Below the pieces are notes generated by a model that saw only the letters and a program-made list of their open reading frames with translations, ran no database searches and was not told where the DNA came from. Made by a program: the position numbers and the translations under genes. From a virus, in the IMG/VR virus record IMGVR_UViG_3300027985_000978, positions 1-64,000 of that record: 64,000 bases of DNA; one strand, given 5' to 3'. Below, one piece after another: positions 18,604-29,554 of the stretch; the stretch's first letter is position 1, and every line of letters starts with the position of its first letter.

Positions 18604-21600
18604 ATGAACGCTATCGTAAGCAAGGCGGTTGCGTCTGTAATAGCGGCTCGAACACTTGAGCAGCTGTTAGGGACGTATGACGCGCTATTTCCATTACTCC
18701 ACCAGCAGGACGAACCAGCGCCAGTGTTTGGCGTAGAAAAACAATCTGGTGTATCCATCGAACGAACACGAAAAGAAGCGAACGCGGCGGCGCAAGCTAT
18801 TCTGAAGCGTGTCGGAACCGATCACACGTTACTGACCGAAGAAGACAAAGCTGTTCTACGCCAGTATTCAGGGTTAGGCGGGATTGGTGGCTCTATCCAT
18901 GAATACTACACGCCGCAATGGGTGGCCGAAGGCATTTGGGACGCTATGGCCGCCAATGGCATGGGTGCGGGTAACTTCTTGGAACCGTCAGCCGGTGCGG
19001 GTGTTTTCCACGGAACCAAACCACGCGGCGCAATCATGACCGCAACCGAAATCGATCAAACCAGCTCACAGATCAACCAGCTGTTACACCCTGAAGATCG
19101 CGTCAACAATTCATCCTTTGAAACGCTGGCTGTCAGTTCTGAAGATGGAACGTGGGACGGTGTAGTGGGTAACGTTCCTTTCGGTGAAACTCGCGGTAGT
19201 TATGGCGCACTCGATCCAGAATACGCGCATGTAAAGTATGTCGATGCGTATTTTGTCACTCGTATGCTGGACAAAATCAAAGCCGGTTCGATGATGTGCG
19301 TAGTAGTTCCAATGCGTATCGTGTCCGGCGCAAAATTTAAAGCGTTCCGCAAAGAAATATCTCTCAAGGGCGAATTCTTAGGTGCACACCGTTTGCCGTC
19401 TGGAACGTTCAGCAACAACGGAACGGATACCGCCACAGATATTCTTGTCATGCGTAAGCATCCAGAAGAGTTTTCAGATTTGGTGAACTCACGAAAAACC
19501 ACCGATCTGAAAGCGGCTAACGTGTTATGGGATACATTCATCAATGGCAAATGGTTTGAGACCTCCGAAGGGAAACGTTTTATCCACGGTGAACAATCTA
19601 CAACCGGATCAGGAAAGTTTGCCCGTGAAGTAGTTGATCGGGGAAATATCACTAATGCACAGATCAAAGAGAAATTAGCGCACAAGTTTGAAAGCCGTAT
19701 TGATTGGTTATCACTGGAACTGTCAGAACCAGTTGCGCCGGTTTACGGTGAAGGTGACGAACGCCTGATTAATGGCCGCTGGAACCGTCTTGTCAATGGT
19801 CAATGGCAGGTTATTTCCCTGACTGCAAGCGACGGTGACACAATCGACGCGGGAACGTATGGCGTGAACTCTATCAGCCAGCTAACCACCATGATTAATC
19901 AATCCCCACTGAATGCACTGGAACTGTCATACGATCAAGTTATGGCTGTTGCGCGTGACTTCCCACGGGTGACAGAAGGCGTGATCGCTGATGCTATTAA
20001 ACTTGCGAACGCACAAGATCCGAAGTATCGAGAGCGCATTATCCGTGGCGTGCTGATTGGTCAGCGTATCCGCGACATGAACGACGAAGTGAACCAGACC
20101 GGCATAATTCCGATTGCTACCGCAGCTGAATTGCGCGACTTGGTGAACAACGAGATCGGAAAATATGGTGTTTCAGCTGGTGATAAGAAGATCGCAGCGC
20201 TAACCGGTGGCACTTCTGCCGCTGGCGCATGGAACCAGTTTGTTAGTGCAACGGATATCAACGGCAAATTCTCTGCCCTGCTTACCGGTACACTGCAACG
20301 CGGGGACACGAAAGCCTTTGATGATACCGACGCATCCCAAACTGTCGCCTATTTGTTCGGTCAATTAAACCTGAACCCTGTCGATTTAAGCGACTTTAAC
20401 GATCTGTACCGTGGCGCAACTCCACCTACCCTGTCAGACCTTGCCAAAGTATCCGGTATCGCTATCACACCAGACGGCATGTTAGCGCCAATGGATCGGG
20501 CAACGTGCGGAAATGTCGTTGAAACAACCAACAAACTGATCGCAGCAATGGCAACCACCAGCGATCCGGCGATTCTCAGTAACTACCAAGCGCAGTTAGA
20601 CATGATTAACAAGCGCCGTAAGTGGTCTAAAGTCGATGACATTGAGATCACCATGTCTGCTAAATGGCTGCCGCGCCGCTATGCGCTCGATTTCCTGAAA
20701 GAAGTCGGTTATGAGGCTTTTGAATACTCAAAAGTGACCGACGTTGACGGCGAACTGGTTGATGACAAGGAATACAACGGCTTTGATGGTGTCTTCAGTG
20801 GCTACGGTATCCGTGATGGGAAAAAGCGCTCAAACCAAAACGAGCAGTTTGAACGCCAGTTAGAGAACTATCTAAACGGGGTAACAGTTCGATCCAGTGA
20901 TGCTGCCGCAGCTGCCGGTTATCGCGCCCGTATTGCTGATATCGAGAAGCGTTTTGCAATCTGGATTCGCCAGCATGATGACGTTCAGAAACTAACCGAT
21001 CTCTACAATGACAAATTCAATGGATACGTCCCATTTGATCATCATGATGGTGATTTAGAGCTAGGGGACGATTACCTGTCCGGTAAAGTTGTGCCGTTCG
21101 GTTATCAGTGTTCTGGCGTGCGCCGTCTGTCTGAAGATGGGCGCGGGATTCTGGCGTTTGATACCGGCCTTGGTAAAACTGCATCTGCCCTGTCGCTGGT
21201 GGCGTATAACACGAAGCTGGGCCGCGCTAAACGTACTGCAATCGTCGTCCCGCTGGCTGTGTTCGAGAACTGGTATCACGAAGCAAAAACAGTTTATAGC
21301 GCAAAATTCTTTGAACAGTGTTTGTTTGCTGGCATTGAACCGGTACACACTCAAGACGGCATGATTGAGCAGGAAGCCGTACTGGATGACGAAGGCAACC
21401 CACGAACCGGCGCGAACGGTGAACCACTGACCCGCGATAAGCTCCGCCAGCTGTCCGGCGCTGAAATCACAGCACGCATGAACTCAATTCCGCAAACAAA
21501 CAAAGCTGTCGTTGTCATGACTAAAGAGCAGTTTGCATCTATTCCTATGCGCCCTGAATCAATCGAAGCGCGTTCAGAAAAGATGGTGGACTTGGGTATT

Positions 21601-24600
21601 GATTCCGGCAAGCTGCAAGCAATGGCTAAGAACCACACGCAAGCCATGAAAAAAGAGCGTGCCAAGGAAAAAGCCGCTGACACTGGAACCCTGAAAAAGC
21701 TCGATATTCCTTACTTCGAAGATATGGGATTCGATAACGTCGTGATCGACGAAGGCCATAACTACCGGAACAGCTACAAGGCAGGCCGCGAAAGCAGCAA
21801 ACTTGCTTATTTGCCAACGGCGCAATCAGCAAAAACAGCTATCGATCTGGCGGTTAAATCTGACTATCTGCGCAACAAGTACGACGGGCGCGGCGTCACC
21901 TTGCTGACCGCAACCCCAACGGTGAATAGTCCGATCGACATTTTCAACATGCTCTCTCACGTATTAAGCCCTGAAGAATGGCAGGCTTACGGTATCTATG
22001 ACGCTGACGACTTTGTGAAAGTATTCGGGGAAACCGAAGAAGTCATGGTGCAGAAACTATCCGGCCAAGTTGAGAACAAGCAAGGCTTAACAGGGTTTAA
22101 AAACTTAACCGGCCTACGCTCACTCTTCCACCGCTGGGTAAATCTGAAAGACGCTAAATCAGTGTCAGATACGGTCAAAATCCCTGAACTGGACGAGCAG
22201 AAAACTGAAGCGCCAATGACTGAAGAACAAGCGCAAATCTATGAAACATTGCGTAAACGCGCCGAAGACCTTAGTCACGCTAAAGCATTAGGCATTGTCG
22301 AAACAGACGAAAACGGCTGGCCGATCCCTGAAGATTCTATCTTTGCCATTATTCGAGACATGGATCGCGTCTGTACTGATACTGACTTGTATTACAAGAC
22401 TATGACGTTCCGATTCCCAGCAAACAAGCTGGAAGAGGTTAAGCAGCTGGCCGCCGATTTACCCACTTCAAAAACTATCAAAGCAACTGCCAGTGACAAA
22501 GAGGATGAAGAGGCCGACACGGAAAGTTTAACCACGGATAGCGGCGCTAAAATCACCCCCGACGAGCACGCGGTTACATTGGTTGTTCACGAAGCGTTTG
22601 AAGATGAAGTCATGAAGCGACTGAAAAAGTTCGGACTTGATAAGAAAGACGTTTCACACCCCGTTACACCAAAATATGCGCGTCTGTTGGAAAACCTGAA
22701 AAATGCCTATGAGAACGGCGGCAAACAGATCATCTTCACTGAAGAAAAGAGCCAGCATAACAAGTTAGAGCGCATCATTGCGCATCACTTGGGGATTCCA
22801 TCTGAAGAAATCAGCATCATCAATGCTGCCACCGTCAAGGGTAAAGGATCTGAAGATGATTTACGCGGATTAGAACTGATTGGTGCAGCCTTCAACGAAG
22901 GCAAAGTAAAAATCCTGATCTGTAACAAAAAAGCCGAAGTGGGCGTGAACTTGCACCACGGCACAACTGATATCCATCACCTGACCTTGCCTTGGACACC
23001 TGCAAGCATTAAGCAGCGTAACGGGCGCGGCGCTCGCGTGGGTTCAAAGCAAGACAAGGTGCGCGTCTGGTATTACGTGGGTAAAGGTTCGTTTGATGAA
23101 TTCCGCTTAGAAACACTGAAACACAAGGCGAACTGGCAAAATGAACTATTCACCTCCGATGCGGAACGCATGAAAAATGCCGACGCAGACGATGGCGCAG
23201 AAGCATCTTTGCTACTGGCTCAAGACCCTGAACAGCGTAAAGCGCGTATCGCAGAGAACCAGCGTAAAGCTGAAGAGAAGATCAAACAGGCGGCAATAAT
23301 CCGCGCCAATATCGACCTGCACAACTTCCTGAAAGCGGCGCATGATGCAGCTGGCGATCCTGAAGTGGTAGCCCGTGATTTAGAGCAGGCCAAGGCATTA
23401 ATGGCAACGCTAAACCGGACGTATCAGAACGCGGTAAATAACGCCAATCAAAACCGTGAATATGCAGCTGAGTCTACTACCATGAAAGACTGGTATCTCA
23501 GAAATGCAAAAGACTATGATCGAAAAGCTAAAGCCGCTCTGCCTAAGCTGAACAGCGCCCGAAAAGACGTTGCACGCTTAGAGCGTCAGTCTACCCGTAT
23601 CGCTTCAGCCACCAGCACAATGAAACGCTTACGGCCTGAACTGGAACGCGCCCAGCGTGACAACCTGTTAGAGATCACCAGTGACCTGTTAGACAACGGT
23701 AGCCAATACCTGACAGACGGCAAGAAACTAATCAAGGCTGGAAGCATCTATAACAGCGTATCCGGTGGCAAAATTGCGCGTGTCGAATCATTCAACTTTG
23801 ACACCAAATCAGCCGAAGTCACGTTGCTGTACCTGAAGGGCGAATACCAAAGCAGCAAGTTAAATACGACGACTTGGTGGGGGCTTGAGATTTTCGGCAA
23901 CGAAACCAGTATCAGCATGTCCGAGATAGAAAAACTTCAGAAAATGATGAGCTCACTGGATCTGACCAAAGCGGTTGAGTTACTGGATAAAGCCGAGTTC
24001 AGCGAATACTTACAAGATGGAACACTGACGCTAACCGGTAGCGGTTATGTTTTTTATGATGATGAAGCTGGGTTCCAGTATGAATCGTCGTACAGGATGG
24101 ATAAGAAAGACCTGTCAAAAGTCATCTATCCAGATCCAAAAGATGAAGCGCTGAAGGCGAAAATGGCCGCGTGGCTGTTGAAAGATCGCAGCATGTTAAG
24201 CGACTACCGCTCCGAATATAACTGGATCAAGGCGGTATTCGGTGACAAGCCAACTCAGGCGGTGGAGAACTACGGGGTTAAAGCGCCAGAGCAAGTCATT
24301 AATGAGTGGCTGGCAGGCCGTATGAAAGCCTACAAGGATGCAGCTGACACACAAGGCGAATTGGAGAAACTGAACCGGCTTGAATCTAATGTTTATGGAT
24401 GGAGTTTTGATTCATTCGCATGGCGAAACATGGAAACCCCGCCAGAATATCAGAATATCAGTGACTTTGAGGCTGCCGTTCAGCGTGGTAAAGAGATCCT
24501 GAAGTCTGAAGCCAAGACACTGACTGATGCAGCACAGGCGCGTGCAGCGACGAAATGGCAGGCGAAATGGACGATTGCAGAATCTCAGACACCAGACCAG

Positions 24601-25317
24601 CGAAAAGACCGCCTGAACTGGTTAGATCTGCAACTCAAAAACGCCAGTTCCGCTTACACCAAATCCAAGGAACTGATCAAAGAAGCTGACACCCCATACA
24701 CTGAAGACGGCGAATTTAACCTTGCGCTGGTGGTCAGTGATCTGAAGGCTGTCGGTTTCCTTGAGCGTGACCCGTCCGAGTTCACCCCTAAAGTGCTGAT
24801 CGCTCAATTCCAGAGTGCGGCATTAGGGATTAACAGTTACAGCAACAAGGGCAAGATCTTTAACTGGATACTGGAACTGGAAAGCTCAAAAATCCCAGCA
24901 CCGGAACCAGTGAAAGAGGACGCCCAGCCGGAACCGGAACCAGCCAAGGAAGAGGAAAAAACGGCGGCTGAAACAGTTGTCAAAGCAGTGAAGCAAACCG
25001 GCGAACTACCGCAGATTGGTAAATTAATCATGCGCGTGAACACTAAATCGTTCACAACTGGCGGCGGCAAATATAAATCCCGTGGCGGCTGGCGTACTTC
25101 CCCTACTCGCACAATGGAAGTGGGCGAATGGATTGGCATTCAAGATCCTGAAGCGTTTGAAGGTGTTCTGTATAAAAACAAGGATACGCTCAAGAAACGG
25201 ATCGGCATGGAAAATACAATCTTTGCTAAAAATGCGTCGTCTGAATATCCTGATGCGTGGTGGTTCATCCCAGCTGATACCGACCCAGCATTACTAACTG
25301 AAATCTTAGGGAGCTAA
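18604..25317 (+). CDS. darB: defence-against-restriction protein DarB (N6-adenine MTase plus SNF2-like helicase)
   Basis: EYYTP, LEPSAGAG, GNVPF; DTGLGKT, IDEGH, LTATP, QRNGRGAR; 2237 aa; followed by ulx. Confidence 0.95.
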   Translation: MNAIVSKAVASVIAARTLEQLLGTYDALFPLLHQQDEPAPVFGVEKQSGVSIERTRKEANAAAQAILKRVGTDHTLLTEEDKAVLRQYSGLGGIGGSIHEYYTPQWVAEGIWDAMAANGMGAGNFLEPSAGAGVFHGTKPRGAIMTATEIDQTSSQINQLLHPEDRVNNSSFETLAVSSEDGTWDGVVGNVPFGETRGSYGALDPEYAHVKYVDAYFVTRMLDKIKAGSMMCVVVPMRIVSGAKFKAFRKEISLKGEFLGAHRLPSGTFSNNGTDTATDILVMRKHPEEFSDLVNSRKTTDLKAANVLWDTFINGKWFETSEGKRFIHGEQSTTGSGKFAREVVDRGNITNAQIKEKLAHKFESRIDWLSLELSEPVAPVYGEGDERLINGRWNRLVNGQWQVISLTASDGDTIDAGTYGVNSISQLTTMINQSPLNALELSYDQVMAVARDFPRVTEGVIADAIKLANAQDPKYRERIIRGVLIGQRIRDMNDEVNQTGIIPIATAAELRDLVNNEIGKYGVSAGDKKIAALTGGTSAAGAWNQFVSATDINGKFSALLTGTLQRGDTKAFDDTDASQTVAYLFGQLNLNPVDLSDFNDLYRGATPPTLSDLAKVSGIAITPDGMLAPMDRATCGNVVETTNKLIAAMATTSDPAILSNYQAQLDMINKRRKWSKVDDIEITMSAKWLPRRYALDFLKEVGYEAFEYSKVTDVDGELVDDKEYNGFDGVFSGYGIRDGKKRSNQNEQFERQLENYLNGVTVRSSDAAAAAGYRARIADIEKRFAIWIRQHDDVQKLTDLYNDKFNGYVPFDHHDGDLELGDDYLSGKVVPFGYQCSGVRRLSEDGRGILAFDTGLGKTASALSLVAYNTKLGRAKRTAIVVPLAVFENWYHEAKTVYSAKFFEQCLFAGIEPVHTQDGMIEQEAVLDDEGNPRTGANGEPLTRDKLRQLSGAEITARMNSIPQTNKAVVVMTKEQFASIPMRPESIEARSEKMVDLGIDSGKLQAMAKNHTQAMKKERAKEKAADTGTLKKLDIPYFEDMGFDNVVIDEGHNYRNSYKAGRESSKLAYLPTAQSAKTAIDLAVKSDYLRNKYDGRGVTLLTATPTVNSPIDIFNMLSHVLSPEEWQAYGIYDADDFVKVFGETEEVMVQKLSGQVENKQGLTGFKNLTGLRSLFHRWVNLKDAKSVSDTVKIPELDEQKTEAPMTEEQAQIYETLRKRAEDLSHAKALGIVETDENGWPIPEDSIFAIIRDMDRVCTDTDLYYKTMTFRFPANKLEEVKQLAADLPTSKTIKATASDKEDEEADTESLTTDSGAKITPDEHAVTLVVHEAFEDEVMKRLKKFGLDKKDVSHPVTPKYARLLENLKNAYENGGKQIIFTEEKSQHNKLERIIAHHLGIPSEEISIINAATVKGKGSEDDLRGLELIGAAFNEGKVKILICNKKAEVGVNLHHGTTDIHHLTLPWTPASIKQRNGRGARVGSKQDKVRVWYYVGKGSFDEFRLETLKHKANWQNELFTSDAERMKNADADDGAEASLLLAQDPEQRKARIAENQRKAEEKIKQAAIIRANIDLHNFLKAAHDAAGDPEVVARDLEQAKALMATLNRTYQNAVNNANQNREYAAESTTMKDWYLRNAKDYDRKAKAALPKLNSARKDVARLERQSTRIASATSTMKRLRPELERAQRDNLLEITSDLLDNGSQYLTDGKKLIKAGSIYNSVSGGKIARVESFNFDTKSAEVTLLYLKGEYQSSKLNTTTWWGLEIFGNETSISMSEIEKLQKMMSSLDLTKAVELLDKAEFSEYLQDGTLTLTGSGYVFYDDEAGFQYESSYRMDKKDLSKVIYPDPKDEALKAKMAAWLLKDRSMLSDYRSEYNWIKAVFGDKPTQAVENYGVKAPEQVINEWLAGRMKAYKDAADTQGELEKLNRLESNVYGWSFDSFAWRNMETPPEYQNISDFEAAVQRGKEILKSEAKTLTDAAQARAATKWQAKWTIAESQTPDQRKDRLNWLDLQLKNASSAYTKSKELIKEADTPYTEDGEFNLALVVSDLKAVGFLERDPSEFTPKVLIAQFQSAALGINSYSNKGKIFNWILELESSKIPAPEPVKEDAQPEPEPAKEEEKTAAETVVKAVKQTGELPQIGKLIMRVNTKSFTTGGGKYKSRGGWRTSPTRTMEVGEWIGIQDPEAFEGVLYKNKDTLKKRIGMENTIFAKNASSEYPDAWWFIPADTDPALLTEILGS

Positions 25318-25320
25318 AGA

Positions 25321-25743
25321 ATGATTTCTGAAACGATTATCCCAACCGCTGAAGACATGACCCCTTTGATGGAAGAGGCGTTAGCAGACGGGCGAACAGA
25401 AGAGGAATTTATCAGCGCGTTTACGGGTGGCCTATTGGCTACCCTTAAAGCTGACCCGCGCCAGTATCGCAGCTATGGGCCGTACTGGTGGCCGTTGAAA
25501 TCTATGCTGATTGATGCCGGTTATGCTGGCGTTTTTGGCTCAGAACTTGAACAGGGAACGTTGCAGCATTACACGCTTGATTCACAAGCTATGACACTGG
25601 CGGCGGCATGGGCCTATCAGCAATACCAGATCGGTGAAGGCAAATTGAGAACATCGAGCCACCAGTTAGAAATGGAAGACGGCGAAACATACGAATATGA
25701 GTTAGCCGACACGGAAATGGAAATGTTTATCAGCAATCGCTAA
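25321..25743 (+). CDS. ulx: Ulx, DarB incorporation factor
   Basis: PRQYRSYGPYW motif; directly after darB. Confidence 0.85.
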   Translation: MISETIIPTAEDMTPLMEEALADGRTEEEFISAFTGGLLATLKADPRQYRSYGPYWWPLKSMLIDAGYAGVFGSELEQGTLQHYTLDSQAMTLAAAWAYQQYQIGEGKLRTSSHQLEMEDGETYEYELADTEMEMFISNR

Positions 25744-25748
25744 CCCTC

Positions 25749-25778
25749 AAGCCCTGATATCTAAATCAGGGCTTTTTT
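25749..25778 (+). terminator. intrinsic terminator
   Basis: AAGCCCTGAT/ATCAGGGCTT followed by a T-tract. Confidence 0.8.
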
Positions 25779-25882
25779 ACGCCCCCTATTGTAATTCATG
25801 TCTGATATGAATTAATATCTACCCAATGGGCGTATTAATCGCCTTCCCACACATCAAGAAGCGGATTAACGGGGAGTTACAC

Positions 25883-26680
25883 ATGAGCACACAAACAACC
25901 AAAGACCTTTTAAAGTCTGCCTTAGATTCAGCCGTTGCAACCATCGAAGCACGCGCCAAAGCACGCATGACCAAATGGATCAAAGCTTGTGCAGCACTAA
26001 ACGATGATTTAGAGCCGACTGTTGATAGCCTTGGCCGTCTGCACGCGCCTTGTAACGGTTATGAGTATGACGATCATAGCTACCAGAAAGGCGAATTTAT
26101 TCACACTCCGCCTGAAGTGTACGAAGCGTTGATCGAAGAAGGTTTCATCATCAATGTTAGACAGCGTGACGAATTCCCGCACAAATTCAAAATCAAAGTG
26201 ACCAGCAAGATCACTGAAGAACTGAAAGAGCTTTCAGCTAACTATCACTTTAAATGTTCATTCGGCAAAAGCTGGGAAGACGGCGATAACAAGATCTGTT
26301 ACGCCTACATTGAAACGGTAAACCCTGCTTATCAGCAAGAGTTGGAAAAGGCCATTACTGCCGCTATGAAAGGCATTGAAGGCCAAGTGGTGAAAGGTGA
26401 TGCGCCAGCAGGAAAACAGACTGTAACAGGCCGTGTCGCCTGCATTAAACTGGAACCTAACCCATACGGCTATCGCGCCCAACCAACCCCAAAAGTGTTC
26501 GTAATTCTTGAGAATAACGCCACGGTTTACGGGACGTTACCCAGCAGCCTTTATGAAGCTGAATCAGGCACACTGATCACATTTACCGCTACATTCGAGC
26601 ACGCCAAGAATGACAGCACTCATGCCTATTTCAAGCGCCCAACTAAAGCGCAAATTATCAGCCAGCCAGAAACTAAATAA
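25883..26680 (+). CDS. phage protein with probable C-terminal OB-fold
   Basis: TVTGRV...VYGTLP...ITFTATF...YFKRPTK; GGGGAG SD. Confidence 0.7.
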   Translation: MSTQTTKDLLKSALDSAVATIEARAKARMTKWIKACAALNDDLEPTVDSLGRLHAPCNGYEYDDHSYQKGEFIHTPPEVYEALIEEGFIINVRQRDEFPHKFKIKVTSKITEELKELSANYHFKCSFGKSWEDGDNKICYAYIETVNPAYQQELEKAITAAMKGIEGQVVKGDAPAGKQTVTGRVACIKLEPNPYGYRAQPTPKVFVILENNATVYGTLPSSLYEAESGTLITFTATFEHAKNDSTHAYFKRPTKAQIISQPETK

Positions 26681-26692
26681 GGGGATCGCATC

Positions 26693-27250
26693 ATGGCAGT
26701 ATTTATTTATCAGGAAGGCGATCATCCTCGCGGCTTCATCGGTGCAAGGGTAGCTACTACCCTTGGCAATGGTGAATATTCGCAGATGTATTTTTCAGCT
26801 ACATCCGTGTCGCTTAGTTTAGCCAAAGAACGCGCTGACGCTAAAAACAATGAATTAAGATCACAAGCTGAACTCAACAAGAAAACCGCCCGACTTGAGA
26901 AGACAGACAACACCGGCACGATTGCCGGAAACCTCCGCGCTATCATCAAGTGTGATGTGGAGCGCCTAGCCACCGGCACAACCAAATATGTCTATCCGGC
27001 TTTTGTTGTTGGTTCTGGCAAATCCAAGAGAATTCCTATCGGCAATAAATACACGCTCGATGAAGCCTTTGCGCTGGCCGTTGATGAATACTGCAAGCGA
27101 TACGAATACGACGACGAAGCCAAACAGGAACTATTGAGCCGCAAACCATCCAAAGAACTGTTTACCAACTGCCTGTATAACGGCGCAATCAAAAACGGGA
27201 TACCAGTTAACTTTAACGACCTATGCAAAAGATTAAACAAGGGGGATTGA
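26693..27250 (+). CDS. putative AP2-like DNA-binding protein
   Basis: Two beta-beta-helix units (QMYFS..SLSLAKERA; RIPIG..TLDEAFALA). Confidence 0.55.
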   Translation: MAVFIYQEGDHPRGFIGARVATTLGNGEYSQMYFSATSVSLSLAKERADAKNNELRSQAELNKKTARLEKTDNTGTIAGNLRAIIKCDVERLATGTTKYVYPAFVVGSGKSKRIPIGNKYTLDEAFALAVDEYCKRYEYDDEAKQELLSRKPSKELFTNCLYNGAIKNGIPVNFNDLCKRLNKGD

Positions 27251-27253
27251 ATC

Positions 27254-27538
27254 ATGGGATTATCAGTAGTACAGCGCGACACACTTGAAATTATGTATCT
27301 CATTCGCCAGCAGATCGGAGATAAGCCGATCCCATCCATGAAGCTGTTAGAGATCCTGAACGACACACGCTCACACCGCGTACTGCCGCAAAATTTCCGC
27401 ACGTCCTGTCATACGCTGGCACGACATGAACTGATTGCGCTCACACGGCATGAAACCAGCCTTAAACTATCCTTTGCACTCACTAAAAAGGGACTGAAAC
27501 AAGCTGAAACAATCCACCAGCAAAGGAGTCCTGAATAA
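27254..27538 (+). CDS. winged-helix protein
   Basis: NFRTSCHTLARHELI...FALTKKG. Confidence 0.65.
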   Translation: MGLSVVQRDTLEIMYLIRQQIGDKPIPSMKLLEILNDTRSHRVLPQNFRTSCHTLARHELIALTRHETSLKLSFALTKKGLKQAETIHQQRSPE

Positions 27539-27735
27539 TGGCTATCCAGTTCAGAAAGCGCGTGCGACTGTTGCCGTTCCTATGGCTCAATCTTGGCAAA
27601 ACGGGCGTATCATTCACCCTTGGGGTGAAGCCTATCTTTTTCACTTTCAGTAAGCGTGGGATCGGCTTTAGTGCATCCCTGCCGCGTACCGGTCTAAGTT
27701 ATCGAAAACAACTCACCAGAAGAAAACCACAATAA
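27538..27735 (+). CDS. DUF4236-like protein
   Basis: FRKRVRL...LNLGKTGVSFTLG...SLPRTGLSYR. Confidence 0.75.
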   Translation: MAIQFRKRVRLLPFLWLNLGKTGVSFTLGVKPIFFTFSKRGIGFSASLPRTGLSYRKQLTRRKPQ

Positions 27736-27750
27736 TTTCACTACATATTG

Positions 27751-27780
27751 TTGACGGGTGCGATATGGGTGCGATATATT
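27751..27780 (+). promoter_or_regulatory. sigma70 promoter TTGACG-18-TATATT containing the tandem repeat (GGGTGCGATAT)x2
   Basis: Read directly; repeats at 27756-27766 and 27767-27777. Confidence 0.65.
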
Positions 27781-27855
27781 CAAATCGTACTCATTGAGTA
27801 CCTACTAATTTAAGACGCCAGCCAATACCGGCAAGGCATAAAAAGGAGTTCAACC

Positions 27856-28983
27856 ATGTACTTTTCTAACGCTGCTCAAGCCTACACTTTCCTTTCTGAT
27901 AAAACCGCTTATAACGCGCATGTATCCGCTGTTGCTGCAATCAAAAATGAATTAGGCGTTAAGAATTTTAAGGCGCTGGCATCTTCTTATCGCCATACTC
28001 AATCTGCACAAAAAGAAGCCCTTAAAGCTGTTAAAGGCGGCAAAAAATGCACTCAGTCACGATTCGTTGAACTGTGCAAAGAATACAGCTCTTTGCTTGA
28101 GTATCGTAAAAATATTCAGGCAGCTAAACACGCTCGCGCATATACATCCAGCAACACACCACGTAAAAACTGCACTGTGTTTGCATGGAACGCGCACTAT
28201 TCATCCCAAAAAATGGATAACAAAAAAGTGCGTGATATGGCAATCAATCAGGGCCGTTGCGGTACTGAAGCCATGAAAGCAAAACGCTTAGACATCATTC
28301 GCGGCATCATTAGCCGTGAAGTTGTTCCGTCTGTATCTGGCTCTGAATCAATCACTGTTTCACTGGTCACTGATCCTGCGCTGGTTTCTTATAATTCACG
28401 CACCGATAAAGGCGATCAATACAGCAAACGTTGTACTTTCCGTAAAACTGACTTGTATGTGCATGTAAAACTGCCTGCACAATGGTACAGCCGCGTTTAC
28501 AAGCGCGATCTGTATGAAATTGACGGCCTATTTAATCTGGACGTATCAACCGCCCTGCATGGCAATTACGGTGAAGGCGTTGAAGTGTTCGCCGCCACTT
28601 GGTTAGTTGATAGTCGCGGTACATCTAAAAACGTTGTGCGTGGCTTTATCGCTCGTCGTGGTATCTATGCTTTTCATGGCAAAACCTTAGCCAGCGCTGT
28701 GCAAGGATTGGCGCGGAAATGTGAAATTCAATCTCTGATTCAATCAGAGCCTAGCGACATCATTGAACGCGCTAAAAAAGTGGACGGCGTACTTCACCTA
28801 TCTGATAGCTATGCAGTCGGTAACTGTGAATGGGGTACGCTTGATTTCTGCGCTCGTCACAATATCGCCGTAACCGGTGAAAACCCATCTATCACAGTCA
28901 AAGAACTGGCTCAAAAAGTCGCACTCGAACCGCGCCGTGAAGCGCTGGCGGTTCTGGTTCGTGCAATCAAAAAACACATCTAA
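27856..28983 (+). CDS. hypothetical basic protein, probably highly expressed
   Basis: 375 aa; AAGGAG SD; own promoter; GNCEWGTLDFC motif. Confidence 0.8.
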   Translation: MYFSNAAQAYTFLSDKTAYNAHVSAVAAIKNELGVKNFKALASSYRHTQSAQKEALKAVKGGKKCTQSRFVELCKEYSSLLEYRKNIQAAKHARAYTSSNTPRKNCTVFAWNAHYSSQKMDNKKVRDMAINQGRCGTEAMKAKRLDIIRGIISREVVPSVSGSESITVSLVTDPALVSYNSRTDKGDQYSKRCTFRKTDLYVHVKLPAQWYSRVYKRDLYEIDGLFNLDVSTALHGNYGEGVEVFAATWLVDSRGTSKNVVRGFIARRGIYAFHGKTLASAVQGLARKCEIQSLIQSEPSDIIERAKKVDGVLHLSDSYAVGNCEWGTLDFCARHNIAVTGENPSITVKELAQKVALEPRREALAVLVRAIKKHI

Positions 28984-29045
28984 TTCTAGTCCCCACTAGC
29001 AAACCTGCCGCGCCTGTTATGGTGCGGCCTTTTGGAGTACCTATC

Positions 29046-29462
29046 ATGGCATCTGTAAAAAAATCTGTTCGTCTGATTGATGCAACTATCCGTATTTGTC
29101 GCGTTATTTCCCGTATCAGCAAAGTAGCACCAGACAATGAAATTAACTGGTCTGGTTCGATTAACACTATGGCTGCCGAATATGCGCTGATCATGGAAGA
29201 GAACAAACCAGAACTGACATTCAATCAATGGAACGCGCTTTACTGTCTGTATAACGGCTATATGCCGTCTGAATACCCTGAAAGAGAAGCACGGCTTTTG
29301 TGGTGGCACATTTCTGAAGGGTACACATGGGATGAACAGATAAAGGAATTCTTAGGCACGCAAGAAGCGGCGGCGGCCCTCATTGAAGAAGTGAAAGGAT
29401 GGAACGTTGCCAAACAGCTATCAGCCATCTATCACGCCAAGGCGTTCTGGTCGGAGGTGTAA
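29046..29462 (+). CDS. hypothetical protein
   Basis: GGAG SD before MASVKKSVRL (RHH-like start). Confidence 0.65.
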   Translation: MASVKKSVRLIDATIRICRVISRISKVAPDNEINWSGSINTMAAEYALIMEENKPELTFNQWNALYCLYNGYMPSEYPEREARLLWWHISEGYTWDEQIKEFLGTQEAAAALIEEVKGWNVAKQLSAIYHAKAFWSEV

Positions 29463-29554
29463 TCATGCAGCCACTAAAAACACCTTTCACCACCTCACAG
29501 ATTGATTAGGATAAGATCTCCCATTGGCTCGTAATGACAATGGGAGATCTTATA

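Noticed and set aside
18604-25317. Novel restriction or defence system (MTase-helicase fusion)
   Set aside because: Size, motifs and the adjacent ulx identify it as the known antirestriction protein DarB.
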